A stretch of 64,000 nucleotides of DNA from Macrostomum hystrix (lineage: Eukaryota > Animalia > Platyhelminthes): assembly GCA_950097015.1 (NCBI GenBank), contig CATNEN010000003.1, positions 13,764,001 to 13,828,000 on the forward strand. Reading direction: 5' to 3'. How positions within the stretch are numbered: the first letter of the stretch is position 1; every line of letters starts with the position of its first letter. Position numbers and translations under genes: made by a program. Positions 1-12,700 of the stretch are shown piece after piece. The notes under the pieces are model-generated. The model made no database searches. It had not been told where the DNA came from and worked only from the letters and a program-made list of their open reading frames with translations.

Positions 1-3000
1 CAATATCAGCGTAGTGACCCTTGACATCGTAGCCAAGGCTAAGGAACAGATTATTCCAGATGTACATGCGCTGAGTCGGCGGATCGACCGGATTAATGGC
101 GGGCACGTGACCGTCTAGGACGGCTACGGCGGCGCGAGAGGCAGCAGCCACCAGGTCGGAATTGGCTTTGAAACTGGCGCGCTCTCGAATAACACGATTG
201 GCAAGCATTTTAGCTGGCAGTTCTTTGGTGCACTGCAGCTCCTCGTTCCACTCACGGGTTTGGCCTGCATTTTCGATGAGTGAAAAAATGCTCACGTTAC
301 TACTCATAGAAGCAACACAAGTTAATAAAAGTTAATAATATCATTAGGTGACACTAGACCCGCAGCCAGCGAGGAGGCAATTCTGCCCATTTCGCTGACT
401 CCTGAGCACACACGCACACACTCACACAGGTGTGTACACCTACCCTGACTTTCTCATCGTCAGGCAGTGTACACTCTCACTGTGCCTTGGAAGTTGGCTC
501 TTAAGGGGCGTAAATTGCACGACAAGCCTCCAAGTCTTGTCTCTACGGCTGCGCCCCAAATGAATGTGGCCTCACCGAGGAATCGACCTTGGCGCGGGAG
601 AGATGGCTAGCTGATTTGAAAACAGAAGAGATAGCTCAAACTAAACTATCCGAGAGAACTGAAATTGCTTTTCAGTATCCGAGTGTATACAAAGTTAATA
701 TATAAATAAATCATTCTGCCTTCCTGCTGGCTTCACAGACGGAAAGAAAGATGATTGCAAAGCGTCGAAGCAAAAATAAGCTTTTAGCAGGAATAACAAC
801 ACCTGAGGCTAATTGAGTCGAATCTAGAAATCGTAAATATTGTTTGCATCAAAGCAACTAGGTTGGTAAGAAAAATTGTGACGATTGCTAGATCCAGTGA
901 CTACGAGTATTATAAATCGATGTAAAATTTGCAAAAAAACTAATTTTCTCTGGTCGCAGATGCCAAAAAGCTTCGTTTTCTATCATTAGTATCGGATCCA
1001 AGATCCCCAATCAATCTATATTATGGATCCCAAATCCCTTATCTTCTAGAGCCCCAAATCCTTAATCCACAAGGGACTCAGATCTCGAATCTTCTAGGGT
1101 CCCAGATCCCTAATGAATCTAGGTCCCAGATCCCTAATGAATCTAGGTCTCAGATCCCTAATGAATCTAGGTCTCAGATCCCTAATGAATCTAGGTCCCA
1201 GATCCCTAATGAATCTAGGTCCCAGATCCCTAATGAATCTAGGTCCCAGATCCCTAATGAATCTAGGTCTCAGATCCCTAATGAATCTAGGTCCCAGATC
1301 CCTAATGAATCTAGGTCCCAGATCCCTAATGAATCTAGGTCTCAGATCCCTAATGAATCTAGGTCTCAGATCCCTAATGAATCTAGGTCCCAGATCCCTA
1401 ATGAATCTAGGTCCCAGATCCCTAATGAATCTAGGTCTCAGATCCCTAATGAATCTAGGTCCCAGATCCCTAATGAATCTAGGTCTCAGATCCCTAATGA
1501 ATCTAGGTCCCAGATCCCTAATGAATCTAGGTCCCAGATCCCTAATGAATCTAGGTCTCAGATCCCTAATGAATCTAGGTCTCAGATCCCTAATGAATCT
1601 AGGTCCCAGATCCCTAATGAATCTAGGTCTCAGATCCCTAATGAATCTAGGTCTCAGATCCCTAATGAATCTAGATCTCAGATCCCTAATGAATCTAGGT
1701 CTCAGATCCCTAATGAATCTAGGTCTCAGATCCCTAATGAATCTAGGTCCCAGATCCCTAATGAATCTAGGTCCCAGATCCCTAATGAATCTAGGTCCCA
1801 GATCCCTAATGAATCTAGGTCCCAGATCCCTAATGAATCTAGGTCCCAGATCCCTAATGAATCTAGGTCCCAGATCCCTAATGAATCTAGATCTCAGATC
1901 CCTAATGAATCTAGGTCCCAGATCCCTAATGAATCTAGGTCTCAGATCCCTAATGAATCTAGGTCTCAGATCCCTAATGAATCTAGGTCTCAGATCCCTG
2001 ATGAATCTAGGTCTCAGATCCCTAATGAATCTAGGTCCCAGATCCCTAATTAATCTAGGTCTCAGATCCCTAATGAATCTAGGTCCCAGATCCCTAATGA
2101 ATCTAGGTCCCAGATCCCTAATTAATCTAGGTCTCAGATCCCTAATGAATCTAGGTCTCAGATCCCTAATGAATCTAGGTCCCAGATCCCTAATGAATCT
2201 AGGTCTCAGATCCCTGATGAATCTAGGTCTCAGATCCCTAATGAATCTAGGTCCCAGATCCCTAATGAATCTAGGTCCCAGATCCCTAATGAATCTAGGT
2301 CTCAGATCCCTAATGAATCTAGGTCCCAGATCCCTAATTAATCTAGGTCTCAGATCCCTAATGAATCTAGATCCCAGATCGCTAATAAATCTAGGTCCTA
2401 GATCCCTAATCTTCTCTGGTCACAGATACCTAATCTTCTCGGGTCCCAGATCCCTTATCTTCATGGATCAAAGATCCTCAATCAATCTAGGTCCTAGAAC
2501 CCTAATCTTCTCGAGTCCTAGATCCTGAATCAATCTAGTTCCTTGATCCCAAATCTTCTTGAGTACCAGATCCTCAATCAATCTAGGTCCTTGATCCCTA
2601 ATCTTCTCGGGCACCAGATCTTCAAACAATCTAGGTCCTTGATCTCTAATCTTCTCGAGTACCAGATCCTCAATCAATCTAGGTCCCAGATCCCTAATCT
2701 TCTCGGTTCCCAGATCTTCAATCAATCTAGGTCCCAGATCCCTAATCGTCGTGGATCCTAGATCCTCAATCAATCTAGGTCCTACTTTGCCAAAATACTT
2801 TATTCTATATTTATCAAAGTGCCTCAGATAAGTCTTCAGTAGATTTTTTTGTTTTTTTACTTTAAACTATCCACTGAAATCCCAAATCCCCCAAAAGGGG
2901 ATAACAGCCGCTCACCAGGCAGAGCCTCCTCCCAACCGAGCCGGCCGCCAGCCCACTCCTCCTTGGCCAGCGAGTCTCTGGTCTGCTCTAGAATCGGACT

Positions 3001-6000
3001 CAACCAAGAATAAACTTGATAAGGAGCCGGGGCTCGTTCAATAGGATGCTTGGCGGCTCGCACTTTCAATAGTTGATCCCAATTGCGCTTGAAACCCGTA
3101 GACAGATTGCGACATAGGTCAACCAGCGAATGGAACAGCATGAGTGGCTGGCTGGGTCTAGGATCAAACACGGAGTCCGTGCACCGGTTCAAGTAGAAAC
3201 CGCGAGGCGAACCGGTGATGTGAAACACCTGGTTAATAATAGGATATTGGGATAATATATTAATATAGAATACTGGGGGGTCGGTGGCAGCGCGGTTATC
3301 ACGTTTGCCGCTTGCACCAAGGTCCCTAAGTTCGATTCCACGGCGAGGTCACATTTATTTGGGACGCAGCCGCAGAGAGAAAGCTTGTTTTGTAGGCTTG
3401 TCGTGCAATTTATGCCCTTGAGGGCCAACCTCTAAGGCACAGTGAAATGTACACTGCCTGACGATGAGAAAGTCAGGGCAGATGTACACACCTGTGTGAG
3501 CGTATGCCTGCGTACGGTATCTGTGTGCGTGTGTGCTCAGGAGTCAGCGAAATGGGCTGATTTGCCTCCCCGCTGGCTGCGGGTCTAGTGTCACCAAATG
3601 ATGTGCCACTACCCGCAGCCCTCCTGCAATTATTATCATTATTATATTATTATAATTTAGAATACTATAACAGTAGGACTACCAAGCTATTTTGCCGACA
3701 GCTTTATACCAAGGGGGTAAAATATGAGAAATTTGTGTCAGGGTGTCCATAGTTGCCTAGTTCCACCTGTTGGAGCCTTTGAAGTGCCAGCAGTCCGTCT
3801 AGGACTCTAGATAAAGGTAGGTGACCACCGAAGACGGAGATGATGCAGGCACATTCGGGTGACATGCTGATAAATTTTGAATGCCTGGCAAGGCCGCACT
3901 GAGGCGCAGTGCGAATTCGTGTATAGGGGTGTATGAAATACACTAGCGCTTATGGGAAAAATCCAACCTTCGGCCAGAACCATTGAATATCTCGATGGCC
4001 TGAAGAGCTGGCGACTTGATTCTTGTTTCAGAAGATGCGCAACAAAAAGTTGGCCCGTGTTCTTGAGTTGTTCTATCGGGTGCAGCACAAAGCACCCGAC
4101 TTGGCAGTTCTACTGATAAAGCCTGTTCTATATTCTAATATACGGCTGGTTAATAAAACAGAGAAGGAAAGAAAAGTAAGGCCTTATGCGACATCATTTT
4201 CCTAATTAGATTTTCAACGCTAACTAGCATTCGAATTTTCTTTGTCAATGATCATGAACAGGTAATTCAGTTTTTTCTTCTACTGCAAGGTCTTCTCTTT
4301 GATTGGAAGGATAGAATCTAAATAATTTATAAAGTCTGAAAATCCAAGGATTAGAGATAAAAGTTTAGAAAATACTTTAGGATCTGAGAGATAGACAACA
4401 ATTAACAATCTTGGGATCTGGGAGAATATGAGGATCGGGGAGAATATGAGGATTGGGGAGAATATGAGGATCTGGGAGAATATGAGGTTCGGGGAAAATA
4501 TGAGGATCGGGGAGAATATGAGGATTGGGGAGAATATGAGGATCTGGGAGAATATGAGGATCTGATAATTTGAGGATCTGGAAGAATATGAGGTTCGGGG
4601 AGAATATGAGGATCTGGAAGAATGTGAGGATCTGGGAGAATGAGGATCTGGGAGAATATGAGGTTCGGGGGAGAATATGAGGATTGGGAGAATATGAGGA
4701 TCTGGGAGAATATAAGGTTCGGGGAGAATATGAGGATCTGGGAGAATATGAGGATCTGTGATAATTTGAGGATCTGGGAGAATATGAGGTTCGGGGAAAA
4801 TGAGGATCTGTGATAATTTGAGGATCTGGGAATGACACCAAAAAGCAATCTTAAACACACCTTGTCCTCCAAGGAATGGAAGCAGACATAGACCAGATCT
4901 CCGTGCAGTTTCCTGTTTGGCGGCGGCGGATGCCACTGGCTGAATGACAAGCCGCCGTTTGAAACACAGATCGGCGGCTTGCCAGTTAGACTAAGCGGAT
5001 GAAGCGGCATTACTGGCAGATCGTGCGCGCCAGGCAGGGCATAATCTGGCGGTTCGAATGGCGAAGATTTGCCAATACCGCTGCTGCCGCTGTTGCCGCC
5101 GATGCCGCTGCCATTGTTGGCGCCGCCGGTGCCGGAATTGGAGCCGGAATTGGCGCCACTATTGCCGCCACCCTGGCCGCCCTGACGACCGCTCTGACCG
5201 CCGTTGCCGCTGTTGCCACCGCCGATGCCGCTGATGCTGGTGACGGAGCCCGGAGGCCTCGGCGAACAAAGCAGCGAGTTCTGGGTGACGGCGTTAACAA
5301 AACTCAGCGACATCTGCTCGCGGCCAAGATAGGCGTCAATTGGCTCGGTGGATCGGAGGATGTCTTGAATGTGGCGCAGGTGGCTCTTGGCCTCCTTGAC
5401 GTTGTAAATCTCTGTTGATTAATTGTTCGATGGCTTGAAGGGTTAAATTGCGAATTCACAGATTCCATCCCTCACCAACCTCCTTAAGTCACAGATCCCA
5501 CCCCTACCCCACCTCCAACAGTCACAGATCCCATCCCTTCCCCACCTCCATCAGTCAGTCACAGATCCCATCCCTTCCCCACCTCCATCAGTCAGTCACA
5601 GATCCCATACCTACCCCACCTCCATCAGTCACAAATCCCATCCATACCCACCTCCAACATCACAGATCCCAATCCCTACCCCACCTCCATCAGTCACAGA
5701 TCCCATCCATACCCACCTCCAACATCACAGATCCCCATCCCTACTCCACCACCATTAGTCACAGATCCCATCCCTACCCCACCACCATTAGTCACAGATC
5801 CCATCCCTACCCCACCACCATTAGTCACAGATCCCATCCCTACCCCACCACCATTAGTCACAGATCCCATCCCTACCCCACCACCATTAGTCACAGATCC
5901 TATCCCTACCCCACCACCATTAGTCACAGATCCCATCCCTACCCCACCACCATTAGTCACAGATCCCATCCCTACCCCACCACCATTAGTCACAGATCCC

Positions 6001-6691
6001 ATCCCTATCCCACCTCCATTAGTCACAGATCCCATCCCTATCCCACCTCCATCATCACAGATCCCATCCCTACCCCACCTCCATCAGTCACAGATCCCAT
6101 CCCTACCCCACCTCCATCAGTCACAGATCTCATCGCTTCCCCACCTCCAACAGTCACAGATCCCATCCCTGCCCCACCTCTATCAGTCACCATGTCACCA
6201 TTATCCAAATATGTATCAAGCTACTCACCCTCCACAATGCGTATAGAGCAGCCCTCGGCTAGGTCTGGCACATTTTTGAGTTCAACAAAATTGTCCAACT
6301 GTTTTCCAGCCAAGCTGAGACTAAAACAAGTCCGATGACAGCAGTCTTCGCGATCGGTGAGTATCTGGTGGATCTCTTGCACCAACTCCTGTGAGCTCAC
6401 TGGCATACTGAACGATTCACCGTTTGGTGGCAGAAAATTCACCGTATAGTGAAATTCCTTCTCCTTATCCTTGGCTTCGTCATCTTCGCCATCAGCTTCC
6501 TTAGCAACGGGCGCTATGGCAACAGAATCACCGTTGCTATTATCGCCGGAGTGACCATTCAAAGAATCAGATTTGACGGCAGACTTTGCTTTGAAAGTGG
6601 CATCAACTTCAAGTTTGGTATTACCATTGGCTAGTGCGGATTGGTCGTCCTCTTTGTGACCATTGACACCGCCGCCATTCAACTCTGGCAT
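1..6691 (-). CDS. clu: Clustered mitochondria protein (clueless/CLUH), 5' part; exons 6229-6691, 4861-5411, 2916-3228, <1-264; continues off the left edge
   Basis: All junctions are GT-AG and phase-compatible (GAG G|AG ATT; AAG|GTG; CCT G|GC CAA). The spliced protein has CLU_N and CLU-domain sequence: [111 protein letters not shown]. Confidence 0.93.
346..600 (-). mobile_element. SINE family A copy (tRNA-derived)
   Basis: Reverse complement of the 3275-3655 copy, including CTGCCTGACGATGAGAAAGTCAGGG and GCCTCCTCGCTGGCTGCGGGTCTAG. Confidence 0.85.
1000..2785. repeat. 24-bp minisatellite ATGAATCTAGGTC(C/T)CAGATCCCTA, about 50+ copies, degenerating into a ~48-bp dimeric unit from ~2380; clu intron 3
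   Basis: Direct tandem repeat; it accounts for the spurious MNLG(P/L)RSL ORF. Confidence 0.97.
3275..3655 (+). mobile_element. SINE family A, most complete copy: tRNA-like head, structured body, (ATT)n tail
   Basis: A-box-like GGTGGCAGCGCGG, B-box-like AGTTCGATTCC and tail AATTATTATCATTATTAT. Homologous copies lie at 346-600(-), 15955-16305(-), 43435-43670(+), 49445-49650(-) and 52387-52540(-). Confidence 0.85.
3730..4090 (+). repeat. Unclassified dispersed repeat; inverted copy at ~30380-30730
   Basis: Long shared stretches (GGCAAGGCCGCACTGAGGCGCAGTGC, GGCCTGAAGAGCTGGCGACTTGATTCTTGTTTCAGAAGAT) occur as reverse complement at 30438-30720. Confidence 0.8.
4410..4830. repeat. 18-bp minisatellite GGGAGAATATGAGGATCT; clu intron 2
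   Basis: Tandem repeat starting ~30 bp past the donor at 4860. Confidence 0.95.
5455..6190. repeat. 33-bp C-rich minisatellite CAGATCCCATCCCTACCCCACCACCATTAGTCA; fills clu intron 1
   Basis: Tandem repeat with a homogeneous core and divergent edges. Confidence 0.95.
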
Positions 6692-8314
6692 GTCTGGCTT
6701 TCTGTTCTTGTTGTTAGTTTACGGTTTTGTCTAGTCGGTTATTTTAGCTTCTAGTACAACTGATTGTCTCTTTTCTGAGAAAACGCTACTGAAGAAGTTC
6801 CAAGTGCGACGCTAGTTTTCTTATGACTGTAATTAAAATTCGAGCTGAAATTGAGAAAAATTAAATAAATTTAAACATTTTTATTTTTAATTCTTTGTTT
6901 TGAAAGCATAACATTTAGCTTCTGATTTCTGATAGCTAAGTTCGTTTAGTTTAGTTCAGTAGGTCGAGGGTTTGATTCCCGACTCTACTAAAACAGTTTT
7001 GGGGCACATGTAATCAATCCTAAGATAGTATTCTATTAGATAGATTTTTTACTCCCTAATCGATAGGTCGGGAGTTCGATTCTCAGTCTAACGTGAACAA
7101 TTGCTTTCGCTTAAACAGGGGTAAAACTGATACAATAGCTGGGATAGAAATTTAGGTAGGTTTTGGCCCCATGGCCTAAACAACTAACTGTACGCCGCCT
7201 TTAGATTGTTGGTTTGGTTTTAGAATTCGCGCAAATGATACAATGAAAGAAAAGATTTGCGAATAAAGTTGCTACAAATAAAAAAGCTCGTCGTCTAATT
7301 AACTACTCCCACTGTGCGAATATAGTCACACTAAACAGTCTCTCTTAACCCAGTTAAGCATGCATTTGTTTTAACAATATAGGAACAGAAGCATTGCTAG
7401 CTTGTTAGATCGACAATTTAACAAGTGTTTTAGCCCCTTTAATAATTTTTTCCTGTCTCTAAATTAGTCTGTCTAACTGTGCATTTATTCAAATGAAATT
7501 CACAGAATACGCGCACACACCGAAAGAACAGAGGGTCAAAGAGAAAGAGAGGTAAAGAAGGGTTGGTCCGGTGTAATGGAACGAACCAGTTTTTTCTAGT
7601 TTCTAGTTCAATCAGAAAGGAAGTAAACGCAATTAGAGAAAGACTTCTGGGGAGAGAAGCTATGGAATCTTTCGTTCTATCTTTAATAGAGAAACAAATA
7701 GGCAGGAAAATGCTGTGGAATATCCAATGGTCACTTTGGTCTCGGTGACTATGTGGGTCAAAACCTGTTTCAAAACATGTGTTACATTATATGCTAGAAA
7801 TGGCCAAGTTAGAAATGCAACATGAAACGCTAATACATGCATATACAAATTGGCCACAGGGTGTATGGCATAACACTTGCGTAGGCTTGAGGGAATCTAT
7901 TGATTTTCAAGTCCACTATGAATACAGGCAGCAATGCCCTAGTGACCTCTTGGCAACCGAACACTCTTTGAACCTTTGTTCTGATAATTATAAACATATC
8001 AGTTTACTGAAACATATGGTGTTGCTAATACAAGATGAATTACTTTTCAAATAACATTGCATCACTTCCGATACCCTAGTCCAGAACAATATTAAATAAC
8101 CTGAATCTTTTTCGCCACTGTTTATGCCAGAGAAACTTGCATAATGTGATTTCGGATAATTCTAAAGTTAGCATGAAGCAATCTGTTGTTTTCGTATTTA
8201 GGGTATTCATAAACCATTGAATAATAGAACTCTTGAAATATAGAATTCTAGAAGCCATAATTCTATGCATCAACATAAACATTCTAGATTCTGTACTACA
8301 GCTCATGTTTCAAT

Positions 8315-8692
8315 TCTAGCGACTCCTGCTGCGATTCTAGCTGCTACTCCTGCTGCGATTCTAGCTGCTACTCCTGCTGCGATTCTAGCTGCTACTCCTG
8401 CTGCGATTCTAGCTGCTACTCCTGCTGCGATTCTAGCTGCTACTCCTGCTGCGATTCTAGCTGCTACTCCTGCTGCGATTCTAGCTGCTACTCCTGCTGC
8501 GATTCTAGCTGCTACTCCTGCTGCGATTCTAGCTCCTACTCCTGCTGCGATTCTAGCTGCTACTCCTGCTGCGATTCAGCTTTAAATCCTGCTGCGATTC
8601 TGGTTATAATCCTGCTGCGATTGTTTATAATCCTGCTGCGATTCTGCTTATAATTCTGCTGCGATTCTGCTTATAATTCTGCTGCGATTCTA
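8315..8692. repeat. 24-bp minisatellite GCGATTCTAGCTGCTACTCCTGCT
   Basis: About 11 near-perfect units plus ~21-bp degenerate units. Confidence 0.95.
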
Positions 8693-9277
8693 GGCGGGGG
8701 CTCTCGTTATTTTTTAGAACTCAAACTTCAACAGAGCTCACAACACCATACCACACCCACTTACAGCTGAACTTTAGACTCTAGATAAGAAGTCTTACAG
8801 ATTATTTTATTACAATTCAGTCGCTAAAATGAATGTAATTAGTAATCAATCGTGGAAAATTACTGCACGTGAAATTTGAAACACTTAACTTTAGACCTAC
8901 TTCTATCTTATCTAACTACGCAGAACACAGTCAAGTAATTGTATATAGAAAAAACTATCGTTAAACTCTTTAACTTGACATATAGAATAATTTCAACCTA
9001 ACGTTATAAAGGGCCATTAGTAGAAGCTAAGGGTAATTTCTTGCACTTTAGGTTAGGTGTGCGTGAGACATATAGGTTTATACATAATATCGCCTACATA
9101 ACAAAAGTACACAACGCATTGGAAATGAAAAAATGACAATAAAGACTTGACCAACACAAATCAACGAAAAGAAAATCAAAAGCTTGTGAGGAAAAGAAGC
9201 TTAAAAAAAGTTTGATCTGACTGTACACCTACCTATATGTTTTTTTAATTACTATTTGTCACGTATATTCCATAGGA

Positions 9278-9793
9278 CAGGGGTCGGCAAACTCCGGCCC
9301 GCGGGCCAGATGCGGCCCTCGAAGCTCCCAAATCCGGCCCGTTGCCCCTTCTGACATCTACAGTGTCCTGTTTCATCTCTCTCATGTCTCATCGCTCTCG
9401 TGTCTCATCTCTCTCGTGTCTCATCTCTCCCGTGTCTCATCGCTCTCGTGTCTCATCTCTCTCGTGTCTCATCTCTCTCATGTCTCATCGCTCTCGTGTC
9501 TCATCTCTCTCGTGTCTCATCTCTCCCGTGTCTCATCTCTCTCGTGTCTTATCTCTCCCGTGTCTAATCTCTCCCGTGTCTAATCTCTCCCGTGTCTAAT
9601 CTCTTCCCTGTCTTATCTCTCCCGTGTCTCATCTCTCTCGTGTCCCATCTTTCCTGTGTCTCATCTCTCCCGTGTCTCATCTCTCCCCGTGTCTCATCTC
9701 TCCCCTATCTCATATTTATACAGTCAATGCGGCCCGCTGTCGTCTTTTAGGCTCTCTCTTTGGCCCGCCAGCAAATAAGTTTGCCCACCCCTG
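9278..9793. mobile_element. Non-autonomous hAT (Charlie-like) MITE with an internal 16-bp TGTCTCATCTCTC(T/C)CG array
   Basis: TIRs CAGGGGTCGGCAAACT / AGTTTGCCCACCCCTG, subterminal GGCCCGC motifs, and perfect 8-bp TSD CCATAGGA (9270-9277, 9794-9801). Confidence 0.92.
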
Positions 9794-12700
9794 CCATAGG
9801 ACATTCAGTAGGCAGGCCTTCTCTCTTCCTCTTAAGCTTTTGACAGACCGAAGCATGTCAAAAAGATCGCAATGTCTCACTAAAGAAGTCTAAAGCAACT
9901 ATCAGTGTTCCTAGTAAGTAAACAGAGCTTTTGGTCAGAAGAAGTTAAGAAGTGTGCAAATTTAGAGGCACCAAAGCTTAGAAAAGAAACTGAAAAAAAC
10001 GAAGCAAAATCGACCCTGAATGCACCGACTGACAGTTTTGTACACGAACTGAATAATTGTAAGCAATGTAAGGCATCTGTGTGAAAGAAAAAAACTAACC
10101 ATTACGAAGAGGGAGATTAACTAACTGTACGGAATGAAATAGAAGAAGTCGAGGGTATAGTGCAGCCAGGAAAGGGATTGATTTAGCCTACGGCAGAAGT
10201 AGGAAAAGCAAGCATAAAAGACTAGATCATAGCGACAGCATTTTAAAGGGGATGCTGGCACTAAAATAGAAGCAGTAGCAGCTATTGTACGGTATTGCAA
10301 AGAAACCTGAACACTGATTACTAATGCCGATGCTAAATTAATTACCGAGATATTTTTGTTGACTATAGGTACTCGTTATATTTAAAAGTACAAAAAAACA
10401 TCCCGTCTGCAGCTATTTTTAGTACAAGCAACTTTTATTACTAAAATAGTTTTTATGAGTAGCACATAGAAAAAGCAATTAGCATAATTGCTTCTCAGAA
10501 CATTAGAATAGTGTTTGACCAACGATGGACCAAAACCTGAGATTTATCTCAGGGGAGAGATCAGACAGCCGAGCTAATCTAACTTAGTGCATAGAAAAAA
10601 AACAGGTTGAGTTGAGTAATTTTCATAATGATGACATGAGTCATGTCACAGTCGGAGAGATAGGCCAAGGGTATAGAAAATGAATGACCAACTACTACTA
10701 CAGGAACCCGCCAGAACTACTAACTGAAGAAGATCAGAAGAAGAATATTATTATTACATAAATAACGAATGAAGCGTTTCTTTGCATTTTATACTAGAAA
10801 AAACCGTTAGCTATAAAGCTTAAAACTACTAGCTACTAACAGACCTACTTCTTTATTACCAGGTTGAAGTATCTGAAGTGTCTCTTGTAGGTATTTCACT
10901 ATAATTTGCTTCTCTAAATGAGCAAATATTAAATAATATATACTCGCATTTAACTGTATCTATATAGACAGTAAATCTCTGACTATTGTCTGTCTTTTTT
11001 CATCTACACTGAAGACATTGTGCTTGCGTCTATACAGACGGACAGACAATAACAAACCAGACTAGAATACAATTAAACATAGATACAACGAGCTACTATT
11101 AGGGTTAGTAATTGCATTCTCGCCGTTTAGTTAACATTTTATATTTAATGGACGAATAATTTTTCGCAATATTTTTATTATATAAAGCAGACCAAATTTA
11201 AAATGTTAACTAATTTAAGGCAATGTACAGCTAAGGTAAAAACTATATAAAGAGATAAACACTTCTCATAATTGATAAGAAATAGGACCATGCTACTCTA
11301 CAAGCCCTGGGAGACCAAATGGCCTAGATAACTATAAACACTGCTTCTAGAAGAAAAGTGGCTAGCATAAGTTAAGAGGGCCTATTATTAAACATGGCCA
11401 TATATTATGAACTATGAGAGTTGTCAAACGACAGCACACACACTCTACGAGATAAGAGATAAATGCGAGCAGCTAGCCCCTGTATCAAATAGCGGCGCTT
11501 CAAAGTTCCACTTCAAGTTTAACAAAATTGTATACTAGAGAAAAAACCAAGGAATCTTTAGGGAAATGAATATAGGAAATGTGACTAGAAGAATCACGTG
11601 TCTTTCTGATAAGCGCGAAGCAAAAGGCATTGACAATGGAATTCTGTGTTCGTCAGAATAGACTGACAAAAATCAATAATATTTGAACCCTAAAAACTGG
11701 GGTAGGTTGGGTACTCTGGGTTGAGCACTTTGACTATTTATAGTTGGACACGCACTACACAAGTGACACAAATTTATAGTCAAGAGTGGATTGATTCGTA
11801 CACAGTGAATAAGTTCCTTTAGTACTTACTCAAGAGATTACAAAATAAGTGAGGAAAATGGTAATTATCCTACTTATAATAGCTCGTTTGTTTCAATAAC
11901 TTACCTTGAAATTTCAGTCGCCAATTATTATCAATTAGATCGATGGAATCTCTTTATAACAATATTCTATAATTCGAGGAAAGGGAAAAATTAAATCAGA
12001 GGGCTTTAGAAGCGGTCAGTAAAATAGTTGAGTCAAGAATTAATGTCAGCGATAGAAATACGGAGGCCCGTTACAAGACAATCCTTTGGGTAAAATAGAA
12101 CACCAAATTATAAACTGAGGGTGGGGTTGGCGGGTCGGGTGTAAAGGGTGCCACGCCATTGGACGATTTAGAAAGAGAGAAAAGAGAGAGAGGCGTGGCG
12201 GAGAAACCCCGCCTGTCACACCTCACCCGAAGCGGACAGTGTACATTTCGCAAAAGTAGTGGGGTGGGTGCGCACACGGGCCAAGTGAAGTGACGCGCGC
12301 AGTCAGGATAGAGGGGTAGGCAGTGGAGTTGGAGTGGGGCCATTAAGGGAACAGTAGAAGGTCAACCCGAAATACGCAAATAAGAAAAAACTCAGCTAGC
12401 TAGTCCCGGTCCAACCCGATTTCTCCAGGGCTTCTGAGTGGGGAGGTTGCTGAGACAGAGGGTTAGACAGACACGGGGTTCAAAGAGACAGAAAGTTCAG
12501 AGAGAACCCTAAATAATGCTTCTTTTGGCATTGGAAATACCAACAAAAATAGCAGCCAATCCAGTAATGGCAGTTATTGACGCATTTTAGAAAAAAAACT
12601 GTCGAACATATTGTATAACGACAGCTCTAGGGGCAGAGGGCGAGAGGAGGGAATAGATCAAAACGGTTAGTGTATAGAGAAATTAAAGTACAAATGAGGT

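Noticed and set aside
1113-2528. 471-aa MNLG(P/L)RSL ORF
   Set aside because: Stop-free 24-bp minisatellite inside a clu intron, on the opposite strand.
3455-3480. Hammerhead ribozyme (CTGACGA...GAAA) in SINE A
   Set aside because: There is no room for stem II between CTGACGA and GAAA, and the segment folds as a simple hairpin.
9850-11900. A-rich, decayed-coding-looking tract (possible old retroelement or viral relic)
   Set aside because: Frequent stops in the frames tried and no recognisable motif; it needs a translated HMM search.
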